Part shown: one piece after another, positions 21,204 to 30,728 of the stretch | How the letters are laid out: each line of letters opens with the position of its first letter | How positions within the stretch are numbered: position 1 is the first letter of the stretch | NCBI RefSeq assembly: GCF_039769035.1 | Contig: NZ_JBDMZG010000023.1 | Location: forward strand, 4,429 to 68,428 | Source: Pacificibacter sp. | Lineage (GTDB): Bacteria > Pseudomonadota > Alphaproteobacteria > Rhodobacterales > Rhodobacteraceae | Direction: 5' to 3' | Length of the DNA: 64,000 bases | The notes under the pieces: generated by a model | Told to the model about the DNA's origin: nothing | Seen by the model: the letters and a program-made list of their open reading frames with translations, nothing else | The model's database searches: none | Program-made: the position numbers and the translations under genes

Positions 21204-21241
21204 CTGTGTCAATATGCAGAAAATATGTTCACTATAGCAGC
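21204..21241 (-). promoter_or_regulatory. Promoter/operator block of the C-S lyase operon (TTGACA -35)
   Basis: Minus strand GCTGCTATAGTGAACATATTTTCTGCATATTGACACAG; 28/38 identical to 24856-24893. Confidence 0.6.
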
Positions 21242-21254
21242 ACGTGAGAGTTGA

Positions 21255-23591
21255 ATGCCTAAGATTGAAACAAAGATTACTGCAAACCACTGGGGCGTTG
21301 GTGTCGCTGTGGTTGAAGATGAAAAAATTCAATCGGTCGCTGGGCATTGCGAGGATCCAAATCCGTCGCGGATCAACGATAATATCGCAAGCAGCTTGCA
21401 TGGCGATGCGCGTATCACGCGTCCAGCCGTGCGCAAATCATGGCTTGAGAACGGTCCCGAAGGGCGCGGTACAAGCGGCGAAACAGCACGCGGTCGCGAT
21501 GGCTTTGTCGAAGTCAGTTGGGATACGGCTCTCGATTTGATTGCCAAAGAACTTAGACGTATTCGTGAGGCGTATGGGAATGGAGCAATTTTTGCCGGTT
21601 CATATGGTTGGTCAAGCGCCGGACGCTTTCATCACGCCCAGAGTCAACTGAAGCGTTTTTTGAACACGCAGGGCGGGTTCGTGCGTTCAGAGGGTAACTA
21701 TAGCTATAATGCGGCCCTTGTCCTGATGCCGCATATCGTTGGGCCGTACCGACAACATGTTGTGGACGCGACCCGCTGGCCGGTCATTGCCAAACACAGC
21801 GATCTTGTTGTGTGTTTTGGTGGCATCGCACAGCGCAATACTCAAGTCAGCGATGGTGGCGTTGCGCGTCATCGGATGAAAGATAACTTGACCCTATGCA
21901 AGGACGCGGGCGTTGAGTTTGTCAACATCAGCCCATTACGCAGCGATATCTTAGAGACACTTGATGCTGTCTGGATGCCACCATTGCCGGGTTCTGACAC
22001 TGCATTGATGTTGGGGCTCGCGCATACCTTGCTAACCGAAGGTCTGCATGATGTTTCGTTTTTGGATAAATACACCGTCGGCTTTGACCGCGTCGCAGCG
22101 TACATTCTGGGCAAAACCGATGGCCAGCCAAAAGACGCCGCTTGGGCTGCGGCACAATCGGGAATCGACGCCGAAGACATTGCGGCCCTCGCTCGAAAAA
22201 TGGCGTCGTCCCGTACGATGATCAGTATTGCCGCGGGGGTACAGAGGGCAGATTATGGCGAACAACCCCTTTGGATGGGAGTGACTTTGGCAGCGATGCT
22301 GGGGCAAATCGGCTTACCTGGTGGCGGATATGTGATTGGGTACGGCGTGAACGCGAACATCGGGAATGTAGAGCGCCCATTTCGGTGGGGCGCCTTTTCA
22401 CAACTCAAGAACCCGCACGATGACTTTATCCCAGTCGCGATGATTTCCGAGATGTTACTAAGTCCCGGGAAAAGCTATGATTACAACGGGCGTAAACGGA
22501 AATTCCCCCATGCGCGTATGGTCTGGTGGGCCGGAGGAAACCCTTTTCATCATCACCAAGACCTGAATAGGTTACACGAGGCGTTCCAGGCCCCCGACAC
22601 CGTGATTGTGAATGAGCTGAATTGGACCGCAACCGCGCGTCATGCGGATATCGTTTTGCCGATTGCGTCTGCGCAAGAACGTACAGACTTTGGCGCAGGG
22701 AAATCAGACAATGCCCTTGTTCCGATGCCTGCATTAATCAAGCCGGTGGGCGAGGCGCGGATGGAATATGACATCTATGCAGACCTCGCAGGGCGTCTTG
22801 GAAATGCCGAGGCGTTTACGGAGGGGCGCAGCAGTGAAGACTGGTTGCGGTGCATTTGGCAACAAACGCAATCTACGGCTTCGAAGGCCGGTATTGATCT
22901 GCCGAACTGGGATGAATTTATCTCTGGGGACGTTGTGCATGTGCCAGATCCAGCGCCTGAGCAAGTATTTCTGGACAAATTTCGTGCCGATCCGGTGGCA
23001 AATCCCTTGTCGACCCCAAGCGGCCGCATCCAGCTATTCTCGCAAACCATTGCGTCGTTTGGTCGCCCTGACTGCCCAGGCCATGCGGCGTGGTTCGCGC
23101 CACGGGATGTGGCAGCCGGAGCGGAACAAAAATACCCACTGTATATGTTGTCGGGGCAACCAAAAACGCGGTTGCACAGCCAGCTTGATAATGGCGACTA
23201 TAGTAAAAGCCATAAGATCAAGGATCGCGAGCCGGTGCTGCTTCATCCAAGAGATGCGGCTGAGCGTGGGATTGAGCATGGAGATATCGTTGAGCTCTAC
23301 AATGATCGCGGGCGTTGTCTTGCTGGTGCAAAAATAACCGATGAAGTCCGCGAGGGCTGTGTCTTTTTGTGGACGGGAGCTTGGTATGATCCCGATTTCA
23401 ATGCGCCGCAAAACCGTGATCGACATGGAAATCCGAATGTTTTAACCCATGATCTTCGCACATCGTCCCTTAGTCAAAGCACGGCGGCACATTCAACCTT
23501 GTTGAATGTACGTAAGTTTGAAGGTGTATTGCCAAAAATCACGGCTCATTCAGCTCCTGACTTCCTGTTTCGGAATGAACCTGATACTTGA
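21255..23591 (+). CDS. Cytoplasmic bis-MGD molybdoenzyme, BisC/DMSO-reductase clade (S-oxide reductase-like)
   Basis: NHWG start with no Tat peptide or FeS cysteines; GSYGWSSAG, NYSYNAA (Ser ligand), WAGGNPFHHHQD, RLHSQL and GNPNVLT. Confidence 0.88.
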   Translation: MPKIETKITANHWGVGVAVVEDEKIQSVAGHCEDPNPSRINDNIASSLHGDARITRPAVRKSWLENGPEGRGTSGETARGRDGFVEVSWDTALDLIAKELRRIREAYGNGAIFAGSYGWSSAGRFHHAQSQLKRFLNTQGGFVRSEGNYSYNAALVLMPHIVGPYRQHVVDATRWPVIAKHSDLVVCFGGIAQRNTQVSDGGVARHRMKDNLTLCKDAGVEFVNISPLRSDILETLDAVWMPPLPGSDTALMLGLAHTLLTEGLHDVSFLDKYTVGFDRVAAYILGKTDGQPKDAAWAAAQSGIDAEDIAALARKMASSRTMISIAAGVQRADYGEQPLWMGVTLAAMLGQIGLPGGGYVIGYGVNANIGNVERPFRWGAFSQLKNPHDDFIPVAMISEMLLSPGKSYDYNGRKRKFPHARMVWWAGGNPFHHHQDLNRLHEAFQAPDTVIVNELNWTATARHADIVLPIASAQERTDFGAGKSDNALVPMPALIKPVGEARMEYDIYADLAGRLGNAEAFTEGRSSEDWLRCIWQQTQSTASKAGIDLPNWDEFISGDVVHVPDPAPEQVFLDKFRADPVANPLSTPSGRIQLFSQTIASFGRPDCPGHAAWFAPRDVAAGAEQKYPLYMLSGQPKTRLHSQLDNGDYSKSHKIKDREPVLLHPRDAAERGIEHGDIVELYNDRGRCLAGAKITDEVREGCVFLWTGAWYDPDFNAPQNRDRHGNPNVLTHDLRTSSLSQSTAAHSTLLNVRKFEGVLPKITAHSAPDFLFRNEPDT

Positions 23592-23612
23592 TACGTATCG
23601 GAGGATGAACCA

Positions 23613-24383
23613 ATGACAGATACGCCGCCTAAGACGCCCAAAGTTGACTCTACCCTCTCCAAGGGATTGAGCATTCTTGAAAACTTGGCACATGCCCCAT
23701 CAGGCAAGGGCGTTACCGAGTTATCGGTGGAGTTGGGTCTTACGAAATCTAACACATTTCGCCTTTTGCAGAGTCTCACAACACTTGGATATGTCAAACA
23801 CTTGGAAAGCAAAGCTTATGCCGCGACGTTGAAGACGTGGCAAATTGGACGAGCTTCGGTTGATAATTTGAACCTGCGCGAACTGGCCGCGCCTGAGATG
23901 TCATTCCTGTCCAAGGAAACCGGCGAGACGATTTATCTGGCCGTTCCTGAACATCTTGGGATCGTCTATATAGATAAGATTGAGAGCCAAAAACCCATCC
24001 GGTCTTGGAGCCCGATTGGCGGCGAAGCGCCGATTCATTGCGTGGGTACCGGGAAGGCCATCTTGGCGGCGAATTATGGTAGCATGCGCGAACGCATTAA
24101 GGGGCAACTGACCCGACATACGGAAAAGACAATATCCTCTATTGCGGCCCTTGATGATGATATAAATGCGACGCTTGCCCGAGGATATGCCGTAGACCAA
24201 GGCGAATTTCGCGAGCGCATTTGGAGTCTTGGGGCAGCGATTACGCTTCCCAGTGGAGAAAGCATAGCGTCGTTGGGGATTTCGTTGCCAGATGTGAGTA
24301 TGCCCGAAAACGGGTTAGATAGATATGGATCTTTGGTTGCCAATTGCGCCGAAAGCGTATCTGCGAAACTGGCGCGCCGCTAA
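23613..24383 (+). CDS. IclR-family regulator
   Basis: TLSKGLSILE..GVTELS..LTKSNTFRLL; PIHCVGTGKAILA; RGYAVDQGE. Confidence 0.92.
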   Translation: MTDTPPKTPKVDSTLSKGLSILENLAHAPSGKGVTELSVELGLTKSNTFRLLQSLTTLGYVKHLESKAYAATLKTWQIGRASVDNLNLRELAAPEMSFLSKETGETIYLAVPEHLGIVYIDKIESQKPIRSWSPIGGEAPIHCVGTGKAILAANYGSMRERIKGQLTRHTEKTISSIAALDDDINATLARGYAVDQGEFRERIWSLGAAITLPSGESIASLGISLPDVSMPENGLDRYGSLVANCAESVSAKLARR

Positions 24384-24441
24384 ATTTCACTTGATCTAAC
24401 TGTTTCGCGCCTTCTTTGTAGAGTGCGCGAAACAGAGTTTT

Positions 24442-24843
24442 TTAGCCCTTCTTTTCAGGAAATTCGACTGAACCGCCTTGTTTTTCCCAAGTGGAGAAAC
24501 CTTCTTTGAGGTGAGCCGCTTCAAACCCCATGTCTTGGAGCGTGGCAACTGTTAGCGACGAGCGCCAACCTGAGGCGCAATGGAAGACAAACTTTTTATC
24601 TTCTCCAAAGATGTCCTTGAAATATGGGCTGTCTGGATCGACCCAGAATTCGATCATGCCACGCGGCGCGTGAAAGCTGCCAGGAATAAAACCTGTGCGC
24701 TGGCGTTCACGTGGGTCGCGAATGTCAACCACGACAACATTTGGATTTTCGAGCATCGCGATGAGGTCGGCGGTTTCGACTTCCTCAATGCGCGCTCTTG
24801 CGGCTTTCACCATGTCAGATGATGACAATTTGAGCTTTTTCAT
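24442..24843 (-). CDS. Single-domain rhodanese (sulfurtransferase)
   Basis: VVDIRDPRE, HAPRGMIEFWVDP and active-site FHCASGWRS. Confidence 0.88.
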   Translation of the reverse strand: MKKLKLSSSDMVKAARARIEEVETADLIAMLENPNVVVVDIRDPRERQRTGFIPGSFHAPRGMIEFWVDPDSPYFKDIFGEDKKFVFHCASGWRSSLTVATLQDMGFEAAHLKEGFSTWEKQGGSVEFPEKKG

Positions 24844-24855
24844 AAAGACCTCTGT

Positions 24856-24893
24856 GCTGATATATAGAACTTATATATCATATATTGACACAG
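24856..24893 (+). promoter_or_regulatory. Promoter/operator block of the FAD-oxidase operon
   Basis: TGATATATA-GAACT-TATATATCA palindrome (24858-24880) abutting TTGACA (24885-24890). Confidence 0.65.
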
Positions 24894-24954
24894 AGGAGAA
24901 GCTGTTGCAACCTTTCCTCAATCGCAGCCATTCCGTTTGAGGTAGGGAATCTAT

Positions 24955-26229
24955 ATGAGTGCACAAAATGCAATTTCGCTTTGGAACGCCACGGCGATTG
25001 AAGAAGATTTTCATGCGCCGCTCGATACGCAAGGTATCTTGGATGTCGTGATTATCGGCGGTGGGTTCACCGGGTTATCATCAGCGCTTCATTGCGCCGA
25101 GCAGGGACTGTCGGCGCATGTGCTTGAGGCGAATCAAATCGGTTTCGGTGGGTCAGGACGCAACTGTGGGCTGGTAAATGCCGCGCTTTGGTTGCCACCC
25201 CAAAAAGTGCGTGAGAAATTGGGACCGGTATATGGTCCGCGTTTCATCGATATGTTCGGTCAAGGCCCAGGGTATGTGTTTTCTCTAATTGAAAAGCACC
25301 AAATCCGCTGTGAAGTGACCAAAACTGGGACAATTCATGGTGCGCATGCCCCTTCAGGTTTTCGCGACCTACAGGACCGCCACAAAGAGTGGCAGCGCCT
25401 GGGTCAGCCAGTGGATCTGCTATCGCGTGAGGAGGTATCCGAGAAATTGGGCACGACTGTGTTCCATGGTGGCCTTTTGGATCACCGCGCCGGCACGATA
25501 AACCCAATGGGCTATGTGCGAGGACTTGCACGTGCGGCGCTCGGAGCCGGTGCGAAAATAAGCACCAAGGTCCGCGCGACCAAATTATCCAAAGAAGGTG
25601 ATCTGTGGATCGTTGAAACGGATAAGGGCACAGTGAAAGCTAAGGCGGTTGTTCTGGGAACCAACGCTTACACGGATGACCTATGGCCAGGCTTGAAGCA
25701 GAACTTTACGTTGATCAATTACTTTCAACTCGCCACCAAGCCGCTGGGGCCAGAGGCCGCGCATATTATGCCCGAAAAACAGGGTTTGTGGGATACCGGT
25801 CAGATCATGTTTAATGTGCGCCGCGATGCATACGATCGCCTGCTGATTGGATCTATGGGTAAGGTCATGGGTGATATTAATGGCGGCGTTTCACAGCGTT
25901 GGGCGCGCAAACAAATCGCGCGTTTGTTCCCAACACTTGGCCCCGTCGAGTTCGAAGAGGCGTGGACAGGGCAAATTGCAATGACACCAGATCATCTGCC
26001 CCGCATTCATGAGCTTGATAAAAATCTATTCACGCCAATTGGTTACAATGGTCGTGGTATCACAACCGGTACGATGTTTGGGCGCACGATGTCGCAATTA
26101 TTGACCGGCATGGATCGTGCAGATCTGCCGCTACCTATGACGGACCCATCGACAGTGAAATCTGCTCCTGTCTTTTCGCGCTTGTACCAAACGGCGTTCA
26201 CAGCAAAACAAATCTTGAAAGCAATTTGA
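24955..26229 (+). CDS. FAD-dependent oxidoreductase, DAO/PuuB-like
   Basis: IIGGGFTGLSSAL, GFGGSGRNCGLV, INPMGYVRGLA and GYNGRGITTG. Confidence 0.88.
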   Translation: MSAQNAISLWNATAIEEDFHAPLDTQGILDVVIIGGGFTGLSSALHCAEQGLSAHVLEANQIGFGGSGRNCGLVNAALWLPPQKVREKLGPVYGPRFIDMFGQGPGYVFSLIEKHQIRCEVTKTGTIHGAHAPSGFRDLQDRHKEWQRLGQPVDLLSREEVSEKLGTTVFHGGLLDHRAGTINPMGYVRGLARAALGAGAKISTKVRATKLSKEGDLWIVETDKGTVKAKAVVLGTNAYTDDLWPGLKQNFTLINYFQLATKPLGPEAAHIMPEKQGLWDTGQIMFNVRRDAYDRLLIGSMGKVMGDINGGVSQRWARKQIARLFPTLGPVEFEEAWTGQIAMTPDHLPRIHELDKNLFTPIGYNGRGITTGTMFGRTMSQLLTGMDRADLPLPMTDPSTVKSAPVFSRLYQTAFTAKQILKAI

Positions 26230-26231
26230 CT

Positions 26232-28319
26232 ATGACACTGGCTTCTACACGCGTCGGCGTGGATATCGGCGGCACCTTTACGGATGTTGCATTGCAACAT
26301 GCGGGCGGGCTTTCGACGTGCAAAGTTCTGACCAACTACACTCAACCTGAACAGGCGATTTTGGATGGAATTGCCTTGGCTTCCAAACAGGCTGGGATCG
26401 AATTGTCTGATATTGATCAAGTGATCCACGGCACCACTTTGGTGACGAACTCTTTGATTGAGCGTCGCGGAGCAAAGCTGGCGTTTATCACGACCGAAGG
26501 TTTTCGCGACGTCATCGAAATGCGTTCTGAAAATCGGTTTGAGCAGTATGACCTGAACCTTAACCTGCCAAAGCCGATGGTGCCTCGTCAGGATCGTTTC
26601 ACATTGAATGAACGGATCGGCGCAAGTGGCGCGGTCCTGTTGCCGCTTGAGCAAGACGACGTGGACGCAATGGTACAAACCATTCTGGCCGGCGACTTTG
26701 AAGCCGTCGCGATTGGGTTGATGCACTCCTATGCCAATGATGCGCACGAACGTCAGATGGCGGATGCATTGCGTGCGGCGGCCCCTGATTTGTCGATTTC
26801 GATCTCATCTGTGATTTCGCCACAAATGCGCGAACTGCCACGGTTTAATACAGTGATCGCAAACGCATATGTACAACCACAGGTCGCGGATTATCTTGGA
26901 CGTTTGGTCGCCCGCCTTCGTGGCGCCGGCGTCGCGGCCCCAGTCTTTATGTTACATTCTGGGGGTGGTTTGATTTCGGTAGAAACAGCCGCAGAACAGC
27001 CTGTCCGTCTGCTTGAATCTGGTCCCGCAGGGGGCGCAATTTTTGCCGCCGATTTTGCGCGGGCGCATGATCTCGACAAAGTCTTGAGCTTTGATATGGG
27101 GGGCACCACTGCCAAGATTTGCTTGATCGAAGATGGTGCGCCCAAGACGGCGAATACCTTCGAAGTCGCGCGTACATATCGTTTCAAAAAAGGCTCGGGC
27201 ATGACCGTGTCCACACCCGTTGTTGAAATGGTCGAGATCGGCGCGGGAGGCGGTTCAATTGCGTCCATCGACAGCATGAACCGAATCCAAGTTGGACCTC
27301 GATCCGCGGCCTCAGAGCCAGGCCCGGCGTGCTATGGCCGAGGCGGAGAAGAGCCAACTGTGACGGATGCGAACCTGCTTTTGGGTCGCCTTGATCCAAA
27401 CAATTTCGCGGGAGGTGCGATCCAACTGCACCCTGACGCATCGGACACTGCCGTGGCTGCGAAACTTGGCGAAACTTTGAGTATTACAAGCAGCGACGCC
27501 GCCTTTGGTGTTACCGAAATGGTTGACGAAAACATGGCCAATGCGGCGCGTGTTCACACGGTTGAAAATGGCCGTGATATTGAACATTTTACCATGATCG
27601 GTTTCGGAGGTGGGGCACCGCTTCATGCCTGTCGTCTCTGTGAAAAACTCGGCATACGTGATTTGATCATTCCGCCAGGTGCGGGTGTTGGTTCTGCGAT
27701 TGGCTTCCTGAAGGCCCCCTTCAGTTATGAAGCTACGCGCGGATTGTTTCAGCAACTCGCTGATTTCAATGGCGCTGCAGTGAACTCAGCTTTGGCTGAG
27801 CTGGAGCAAGAGGCCCGCGCTTTTGTTGAAGCAGGGGCCAAGGACGCGGATACCTCATCTAAACTGACTGCGTTTATGCGATATGCGGGGCAGGGTTGGG
27901 AAATCCCAGTGTCCCTACCGTACAAACCGTTTGCGGACTCGGATAAATCAGAGATCCAAGATGCGTTTGAAGCCGCATATGAAATGTTGTTTGGCCGGAC
28001 CATCGATGGGCTTGCGATTGAAATCACCAACTGGTCGCTTGTGGTTGCATCCGTGCTGCCTGATGTTGCAAAGGCCGCGCATTTCGCATCGGGAGATGCA
28101 GCAACAGAGCGACGGACACGTCAATTCTATGACGCTGCACTGCGAAGCACCGTGGATGCGCGCGAAGTAGAGCGTAGCGAAATGAGCGCTGGGAAATCTG
28201 TCGAAGGCCCCGCCGTGATTATCGAAAATGAGACCACCACAATTGTCACATCCGCCTATACGGCGATTGGCCAAGGCGACGGCAGCTTGCTGCTGCGCCG
28301 CAAGGGAGACGCACTATGA
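26232..28319 (+). CDS. Hydantoinase A / 5-oxoprolinase ATP-binding subunit
   Basis: GVDIGGTFTD, HGTTLVTN, ESGPAGG, DMGGTTAK, IGAGGGSI and GPACYGRGG. Confidence 0.92.
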   Translation: MTLASTRVGVDIGGTFTDVALQHAGGLSTCKVLTNYTQPEQAILDGIALASKQAGIELSDIDQVIHGTTLVTNSLIERRGAKLAFITTEGFRDVIEMRSENRFEQYDLNLNLPKPMVPRQDRFTLNERIGASGAVLLPLEQDDVDAMVQTILAGDFEAVAIGLMHSYANDAHERQMADALRAAAPDLSISISSVISPQMRELPRFNTVIANAYVQPQVADYLGRLVARLRGAGVAAPVFMLHSGGGLISVETAAEQPVRLLESGPAGGAIFAADFARAHDLDKVLSFDMGGTTAKICLIEDGAPKTANTFEVARTYRFKKGSGMTVSTPVVEMVEIGAGGGSIASIDSMNRIQVGPRSAASEPGPACYGRGGEEPTVTDANLLLGRLDPNNFAGGAIQLHPDASDTAVAAKLGETLSITSSDAAFGVTEMVDENMANAARVHTVENGRDIEHFTMIGFGGGAPLHACRLCEKLGIRDLIIPPGAGVGSAIGFLKAPFSYEATRGLFQQLADFNGAAVNSALAELEQEARAFVEAGAKDADTSSKLTAFMRYAGQGWEIPVSLPYKPFADSDKSEIQDAFEAAYEMLFGRTIDGLAIEITNWSLVVASVLPDVAKAAHFASGDAATERRTRQFYDAALRSTVDAREVERSEMSAGKSVEGPAVIIENETTTIVTSAYTAIGQGDGSLLLRRKGDAL

Positions 28320-29962
28320 GCCCGACAGCAATCGATTATCAAATCATGTGGAACCGCTTGATTGCGGTTGTCGAAGAACAAGCCACGACATTGATCCGAA
28401 CCGCTTTTTCAACCTCAGTGCGCGAAGCGGGCGATTTGTCGGCAGGGCTTTTTGATCGCCAAGGCCGAATGATGGCGCAGGCGGTCACCGGCACGCCAGG
28501 TCACGTGAACGCAATGGCCGAGAGCGTGACGCATTTTGTACGTGAGCTGGGACTGGATAACGTATTTGAAAACGACGTTTTCATCACCAACGACCCATGG
28601 CTTGGCACGGGGCACCTTCACGACATTACGGTTGTGTCGCCAACGTTTCGCAACGGCCAACACATCGGTTTCTTTGCCTGTACTGCGCATGTTGTGGATA
28701 TTGGTGGTCGGGGTTTTGGGCCTGACGCGAACGAAGTGTATGAAGAGGGTCTCTTGATCCCGATCATGAAGTTCGCCGAACGGGGAAACGTGTCCAAGGA
28801 TCTTATCCGTATGGTGCGCTCTAACGTGCGTGAACCGGATCAAGTGGTCGGCGATCTTTATTCTCTAGCGGCCTGTAACGAGGCAGGGGATCGCCGCTTA
28901 CAGACCATGATGGGCGAATTTGGCATCTCTGATCTGGAGGGTCTGTCGGATTTCGTGATTGAGACATCGCGCAAAGCCACCCATGAGGCCATCGCCAAAG
29001 TTCCCGATGGCACGTTTCGTCATTCTATGCAGGTGGATGGGTATGATGCACCGGTCAATATGGTTGTGCGTTTGGATGTCGCTGGGGATAAAATCAAAGC
29101 CGATTTTGATGGTACCTCAGGCATGAGCCGCTTTGGCGTAAACGTTCCCGAGGTCTACACACGTGCCTATGCGTGCTATGGCTTGAAATGCGCGATTGCG
29201 GCAGAGGTGCCGAATAACACGGGTTCACTTGAACCCTTTGAAATTACCGCTCCTGAGGGATGCATCTTGGCCGCGCGTCGACCTGCTCCGGTTTCGGTGC
29301 GCCATGTCTTGGGACATTTGGTGCCTGATGTGGTGCTGGGCGCTTTGCACCAAGCGATGCCCGACACAGTTCCCGCCGAGGGGGCAAGCGCACTTTGGAA
29401 TATCCAAATTTCGGCACGCGCCAGTGATCCCGCAAGCGGTTTGCCGAATGCCGAGGTCCTGATGTTCAACTCTGGCGGGACAGGGGCCCGCCCAACATTG
29501 GACGGATTGTCTGCGACGGCCTTCCCATCTGGTGTGTCGACGATGAGCGTCGAAGCGACCGAGCACGTTGGCCCGATCACAGTGTGGCGAAAAGATCTTC
29601 GTGAGGGATCAGGCGGGGCGGGGGCCTTTCGGGGCGGCCTTGGTCAGAACATCGAAATCGAACCCCGCGAAGGCTATGACTTTTACTTTAACGCCATGTT
29701 CGATCGGGTGGAAAATCCCGCGCGCGGTCGCGAAGGTGGCCATGCGGGTGCCAAGGGACAGGTCGAACTTTCAGATGGCACCAAGATGAGAAGCAAGGGG
29801 CGCCAGTTGGTCAAAAATGGCCAACGTCTCAAACTCAGCCTCCCAGGAGGGGGCGGATATGGCGCGCCAAGCGCGCGCGACAAAACGGAAGTGGCCCAAG
29901 ATCTGGCCGCTGGATTCATCACAGAAGAGCAAGCGACCGGCGTTTACGGTCTGAAAAAGTAG
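28316..29962 (+). CDS. Hydantoinase B / 5-oxoprolinase catalytic subunit
   Basis: RTAFSTSVREAGDLS, NDPWLGTGHLHD, HVVDIGG, EEGL, SGGAGAFRGG and PGGGGYG; ATGA-coupled to subunit A. Confidence 0.92.
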   Translation: MSPTAIDYQIMWNRLIAVVEEQATTLIRTAFSTSVREAGDLSAGLFDRQGRMMAQAVTGTPGHVNAMAESVTHFVRELGLDNVFENDVFITNDPWLGTGHLHDITVVSPTFRNGQHIGFFACTAHVVDIGGRGFGPDANEVYEEGLLIPIMKFAERGNVSKDLIRMVRSNVREPDQVVGDLYSLAACNEAGDRRLQTMMGEFGISDLEGLSDFVIETSRKATHEAIAKVPDGTFRHSMQVDGYDAPVNMVVRLDVAGDKIKADFDGTSGMSRFGVNVPEVYTRAYACYGLKCAIAAEVPNNTGSLEPFEITAPEGCILAARRPAPVSVRHVLGHLVPDVVLGALHQAMPDTVPAEGASALWNIQISARASDPASGLPNAEVLMFNSGGTGARPTLDGLSATAFPSGVSTMSVEATEHVGPITVWRKDLREGSGGAGAFRGGLGQNIEIEPREGYDFYFNAMFDRVENPARGREGGHAGAKGQVELSDGTKMRSKGRQLVKNGQRLKLSLPGGGGYGAPSARDKTEVAQDLAAGFITEEQATGVYGLKK

Positions 29963-29970
29963 GACATGAC

Positions 29971-30723
29971 ATGAGCAAACAACCAATCGCATTGGTCACG
30001 GGCGCCGCCCAAGGGATCGGCTATGCCTGTGCAGAAGCCATCGCAGAAGATGGTGCAAAGGTGATTTTGGCAGATATCAACGCCGAAGGTGTCGCGGCAG
30101 CGGCCGATAAACTTGGTGGTGGTGCCGTTGGCATGGCCTGTGACATGGGGGATCCTGCGCAGATCGAAGCCATGTTCGACGCAATCGAAGCAGAGCATGG
30201 CCCTGTTGAAATTCTTGTGAACAACGCGGGCATCGCGATGCCGGGAGATTTTCTTGAAACGTCGCTCGAGAGCTTTCAAAAGGTGATCGACGTTAATCTC
30301 ACTGGGACGTTCCTTGCACTTCAACGTGCTGCAAAAACCATGGCCGCCAATAACATTGAGGGCGCGATTGTGAATATGTCGTCCATCAATGCGGTCGTCG
30401 CAATCCCGTCAATCCCTGCGTATTGTGCCTCAAAGGGCGGTGTGATGCAGTTGACCAAGGCGACGGCGCTGGCATTGGCTCCGCACAATATTCGGGTGAA
30501 TGCTGTTGGACCTGGTTCGATCGATACCGAAATGATGGCCGGCGTGAATGCAAACCCAGAAGCCATGAAAATGGTTATGTCGCGTACGCCTCTGAAACGT
30601 GTCGGCGAGCCACGTGATATTGGCGATGCCGTCGCATTTCTCGCGAGCAAAAAAGCCAAATATATCACTGGCGAAACCATCTATGTGGATGGTGGGCGCA
30701 TTGGTATGAACTACACGTGCTGA
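29971..30723 (+). CDS. Short-chain dehydrogenase/reductase
   Basis: TGAAQGIG, NNAG, SSINA and YCASK. Confidence 0.92.
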   Translation: MSKQPIALVTGAAQGIGYACAEAIAEDGAKVILADINAEGVAAAADKLGGGAVGMACDMGDPAQIEAMFDAIEAEHGPVEILVNNAGIAMPGDFLETSLESFQKVIDVNLTGTFLALQRAAKTMAANNIEGAIVNMSSINAVVAIPSIPAYCASKGGVMQLTKATALALAPHNIRVNAVGPGSIDTEMMAGVNANPEAMKMVMSRTPLKRVGEPRDIGDAVAFLASKKAKYITGETIYVDGGRIGMNYTC

Positions 30724-30728
30724 GGTAA

